Assembly (NCBI GenBank): GCA_012295275.1
Contig: CM022665.1
Location: forward strand, 34,844,001 to 34,908,000
Direction of reading: 5' to 3'
Length of the DNA stretch: 64,000 bases
Origin: Chrysomallon squamiferum
Taxonomy: Eukaryota > Animalia > Mollusca
The position numbers were made by a program, and so were the translations under genes. The notes below the pieces were generated by a model. That model did not search any database. It was not told where the DNA came from and saw nothing but the letters and a program-made list of their open reading frames with translations. The stretch's first letter is position 1. The number at the start of each line of letters is the position of its first letter. Positions 59,301 through 64,000 of this stretch are shown here, in pieces.

Positions 59301-62300
59301 TGAAATAAATAACTAAAATATTTCAAACTCTGTACAGTTTGCTTAATTTAACTATATTGATTTCTCTTTATTATTCATAAACACTGATGTGAATTGTTTC
59401 TAATAATTTTTATCTTTGTCTGCACAAAACATGAATGAATGTATACTGCTTTACTTTATTTCAGCTACCTTGGAAATCATTAAAAAGTATTGTTGAATAC
59501 TACTACATGTGGAAAACAACAGACAGATATGTCCAGCAGGTAAAATAATAAAATTGTTGTCTTTATTGGCAAATCTATTGCCATGTATTAATGTTGATTA
59601 TTACATACAGTGAATTCTAAAAGCATGCATTAATGTGTTTTCCACATTTTGCAAATGCAATTCCATTGTTACTAAATCCACGGAGAAGGATGGTTGAACT
59701 CCTAAGATACATTTTTGGTTTCATTCTTTTTGTTAACTTGGGTCTTAATGTTATTACTATTAAATTTTGCTGCGACTTTTCCTCTCTTTATTAATTAATT
59801 TTTTTTTTTTTTAAACTTAAATCACAGATGATTCATTTAGAGAAGATTGCTTATGAAATGATTTTTAAAAAATTTTATTATTATTATTCTACTTATTTTA
59901 TTATTTTTTTTAGAAAAGAATAAAAGCTGCTGAAGCTGAGAGTAAACTGAAACAAGTTTACATTCCTAATTAGTAAGTATAGCAATGTAATGCTAACATT
60001 ATTCCTCTTTTATATAATAATTTTTATGTGAGATTTTTATACAATCAAACAATACAGTTTTAAATTTTGTTTAACAATTGTTTCCAGGAAATAAAACAAA
60101 GTTGTACAATGAAATAATAATTATTATAATTTTTATTTTTGCAGCAACAAACCAAACCCAGCAGCACTGTCCAACAGTATCAATGGTACTGACAACCAAG
60201 TTTCAGGGCGTGCCTGTGAAAGTTGTTACAGTAAGTAATCCATGAATTTTTACCTGCTACTTCAGATCTCATACCTGATACAAAAGGAAATGGACTGAAG
60301 AATTTATTTGAGTGCAGCATTTTTGGATTTTAGTTACTTGATTTAGTTTTACACAGAATATTACAATTTAAAAACAATTTGAGTAATGTTTTTAAGAATG
60401 TTGTTAAGAGGATTTACTGTATCGTATCACTTGGATTCACTTGAGACCAATGACATTTGCCAATATAAACAGTATGCCAGTATAAAAATATTAAAATGGC
60501 ATGAGATTGGAAGACATGTTTGTTATTTATTATGAACATCACTGTTAAATGTCTGTCAAGTGTTGACTCAGAAATAGTCTGTCACTGCTGACTGCATTTT
60601 TTTTTTTTGATATTAGCCAAAATGTTGGTTTCATACAATTGCTCTTAATGGTCACTGTTTTAGAATGGTAGATACTGTAGCTCATGCCATCTTAAATTGC
60701 ATAGGTAAATCTTTATATGTTTTCACAATGAATTTTGATGAAAAAAAACTTCTATAAATTTTAGAATGAAAGTTATTGTTTTTTAGGTTGCTCTACCATT
60801 ACGAATTTCGTTAGACAGTGCAAAATATGCTATATACTTTGGACACTAAATCTGAATGAGTAAATTCACTTGTATGGGATCATTGTTTATTAAACCTTTA
60901 AAAAAGTGTGATTGATTCATGTCATATGGTATATTAATGTGTTAATTGCTGTCATTGTTTAAGAAGTGTCTGAACTTGCAAAATTGTGTGCCAGTTTAGA
61001 AAAGCTCATTTTTCTTTTTTTCCTGGAATCTGAAGTAAACTGCATCCAGATTACTTCCATTCACATTAGATTAACAGTAGCTGGACAGGACTTAGAAATG
61101 GTGCCAGTATACACAGAAATCTGGATTAGTCTAATAGTTCAAAACTTTTTTGTTTAGTTGGGTTTTTTTGTTAAAATAATCTTGAGTGTCAAGTGTTTTT
61201 AATAATTAGCATTTGTACAGTACATAGGTAATCTTATTTTTATTTCTCACAATTTCTTTCAGCGGCACATTCATCACAGTGGTACTCATGGGGCCCAGCA
61301 CATATGCAGTGTCGTCTTTGTGCTGTTTGCTGGACTTACTGGAAAAAGTATGGGGGACTAAAAATGCCAACAAGATTAGGTTTGTTAATTTACATTATTT
61401 TGGAATGGTTATTTTGGAAAGGAAATTGGGTTTATAGTGAAGAAAAAGACCATTCTGTCAGTTTTGCATGCATTGTTGTACATTGAGTGTTGCCTGATAC
61501 CTTTTTTTCTTTCTTGTTTTTTTTTTAAATACACATTTAGTGTCCACTCTTTGTTATTGCCCAAGTATTTTGCACAGCTTTATCGAAGTAGAATAATAAC
61601 TTATTGTCTATAAATATTAATATTCTAAAGAAAGATGGCTGAAATGTATTACTGTATAATTGTTATATAAACACTCAGATGGGTTTTAGAATGTTTTAGT
61701 GACACAAATAATTTGAATGTCTAGTTCACACTATTAAATTGCCGCCTTAATAGAGCTAGTTCATACATAAATAATTGTCAATTTAAAAAATCTGCTTTTG
61801 CAATCTTACCATTCATTATCATTGCCAGTATAATTTTTTGATGTGGTACTGTACATGATTGTATATGGCACACATTTAACTCTTGACTGTAGTTATAAAC
61901 CCATAAAGCAGCCATTTTTCTTATTGGACTCGTAAATTGAATTGTTGTATTCATTTCATATCTACAGATGGAGAGAGACCTGCACCCAATCAAAGACAAG
62001 GTTAGCTCACAGTTTTATAATACATGGTAACAGTATGTCAACTCAACATACATACTTCACTTACACACAATTTTAAATTTGATTATTATTGTTCATTTTG
62101 GGTTTGTTTTTTTAAATGTCTGACATTAAAAATGAAAAGAAACAAAACAAAAGAGGAAACTAAAAACTAAATTAAAAATAAGTATATTACAAAAAATAAA
62201 GACCAAAATGCTATTATTGTTAGATGAGTAAACAAAATTTTATATATTTATATACTTGTACACAACAGCAATCAAATACATTTTTTTTTTTTTTTTTTAG

Positions 62301-62832
62301 AACGTGTGGGCCCAAAAGAGAAGCCAGTCGTAGTCATAGGTGTACAATTTCTGGCTGTGGAAAGGTGAATAATTTAATTTGTCACTATAACTAATCATCA
62401 TATAAATTTTGCATGTTTTCAAATAGGAGTTAATGTAATAGGTCAACTGAACCTGTAGCTTTGTTATTCATTTTACATTATAAATATTATACCAGAGTTC
62501 TTCTAAATTAGCACATGTACAATTATACCTTCTTGACAAAAAATCTAAATGGGTTTGTTTAAACATTTACCTATCTTGCATTATGCTAATGATAACATTT
62601 TTGTAGGATTTCAAGCTGAAGGTGCACCTTGCAAGACACTTGGCAACTGCACATGGGTTAGCCATCAGATCAGGCAGTCCTCGTCCTGTCATGAAAACCC
62701 GTGCTGCATTCTGCCTCGTTACAACACCACTCACCAGAATCTCACGACGTATGTGCAAGGATATTCTCAGGCCCAGGCATGCGGCTCGATGTCCATTTGT
62801 TCCAATAAACATCGCAGCTATCAAACAAGAGT
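44374..62832 (+). CDS. MTA1: Metastasis-associated protein (MTA1/2/3 family, NuRD subunit); BAH-ELM2-SANT-GATA; 3' end beyond window
   Basis: Exons: 44374-44401, 44914-44981, 45149-45242, [47145-47195 cassette], 56138-56388, 56562-56679, 57830-57929, 58373-58472, 58882-59070, 59465-59539, 59914-59972, 60145-60230, 61263-61379, 61968-62000, 62301-62364, 62607-62832. Motifs [108 protein letters not shown]. One 1-nt phase mismatch at 62301-62364. Confidence 0.95.
57300..57766 (-). mobile_element. Tigger/pogo-family DNA transposon 5' fragment in MTA intron
   Basis: TA|CAGTGGCACCTCGACTTA TIR at 57766 (minus). ORF segment [43 protein letters not shown] is a CENP-B/psq-type HTH of Tigger transposases; truncated. 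Confidence 0.85.
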
Positions 62833-64000
62833 GTAAGTTGAAAGGCATCATTTATAATGGGTACGATATGAATGACAGAATCGAAAAAATGGACATGAAC
62901 AATTCAGTCATGGATAAGGTTGATGAAAAATCAGGTTTTGAAGAGAATGGAGACAGTCAAGTCATACACATGGACATAAGAGAATAGTCAGGGAATGGAT
63001 TCAGATGGTCTCTTGACTGGAGATCCATAGTAATGTCCTAAATTGAATTCCATTGTGTTTTGTTTTTTTTGAGACAGAACCACAAGCCATGATTTGGTAC
63101 AATGCATTTTCAGGAATCAAAAGATTAGTTTTATGCATTTTGCCAAATGGTATCTTTTTGATACTTGGTATCTTTGGTCCTCATTGGTTGTTAAAGAGTT
63201 CAGCTCTTTTGTCTTTAAACTTCAGATTTTAATTATGATACAAAAAATATTTTCTGCATCAAGTATTTGCCACTGGTTTTTTATTATTATTATTTTTTTA
63301 ATACATCACTGAAATTAGACTTTTAGATTTTCATGCGTGATAAAATAATGTTTTTCCGAAGCAGAACTTTTTATTTATCATCATTTTCTTTTTAAAAAAG
63401 GCCATTTAAAGACAAATTTTGTTAACAAGTTAAAGTGTCAGTCAGGCTTGGGGCCAATAAATAAGTGTATCATTTATAAATAAAACCCCACCTACCACTG
63501 TTGATACTTTAATTGTTTTAAACTATATACAATTTGTATATCCAAATTTGTATATTCATTTCTGTATGTTTAACTTTTACCTTACATTTTATATATACAT
63601 ACATTAAGTATTCAATCAAACTAGATTATTGAAGCATTACCTAGTATAAAATATTAAGAAATACAGTAGCCAGTTGAAGCACTGATACCATTCAGTGAAG
63701 AAAAATAAAGAATAGGAAGTGATAGAAAGCTGGATGTCTGCAGCTAGAATAGTTAAATTAAAAAGAAAGGTGAACAGTTGTAACATTTGGTTTTAGAGTA
63801 GTATGTTTTTGTGCTTTTATTATTAATTTTGCTTTCATTAGTGAAATATTTTTAACCATGTACCAACAGTCTTCACACTTTGTGTGATGTATTAATGCTG
63901 AAAATGTATAACTTGCTGAAAGTAAGGCTTTACATACAGTAATAGTAATATTTTTATATTACAAGATATTTTTAGATCTGCGATTTGAAATTTGAAAGCA

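Overview
AT-rich, intron-containing animal genomic DNA. It is an invertebrate, most plausibly a mollusc (inferred, not proven). The window has two distinct parts. Left ~20 kb: rich in microsatellites and DNA transposons, with small secreted-protein genes. These are a convergent pair of Kunitz-domain genes (one degenerate), a single PAN/Apple-like secreted protein, and the most striking feature, a two-coding-exon minus-strand gene (14695..11178). That gene encodes a ~1096-aa signal-peptide precursor with ~62 tandem 17-aa units separated by KR dibasic sites, which would release acidic Ser-rich 15-mers (DKLDSFSSSQSLDDD / EISDSFSSSQSLDDD). Right ~44 kb: three conserved housekeeping genes whose exons I traced by hand. 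DTL/Cdt2 (minus, 15 exons) lies head-to-head with CCT4 (plus, 14 exons). They are followed by an MTA1/2/3-family NuRD subunit (plus, runs off the window) with candidate cassette exons, a possible recursive splice site and an extra C2H2 finger. All homology calls are from recalled family motifs; no database searches were run.
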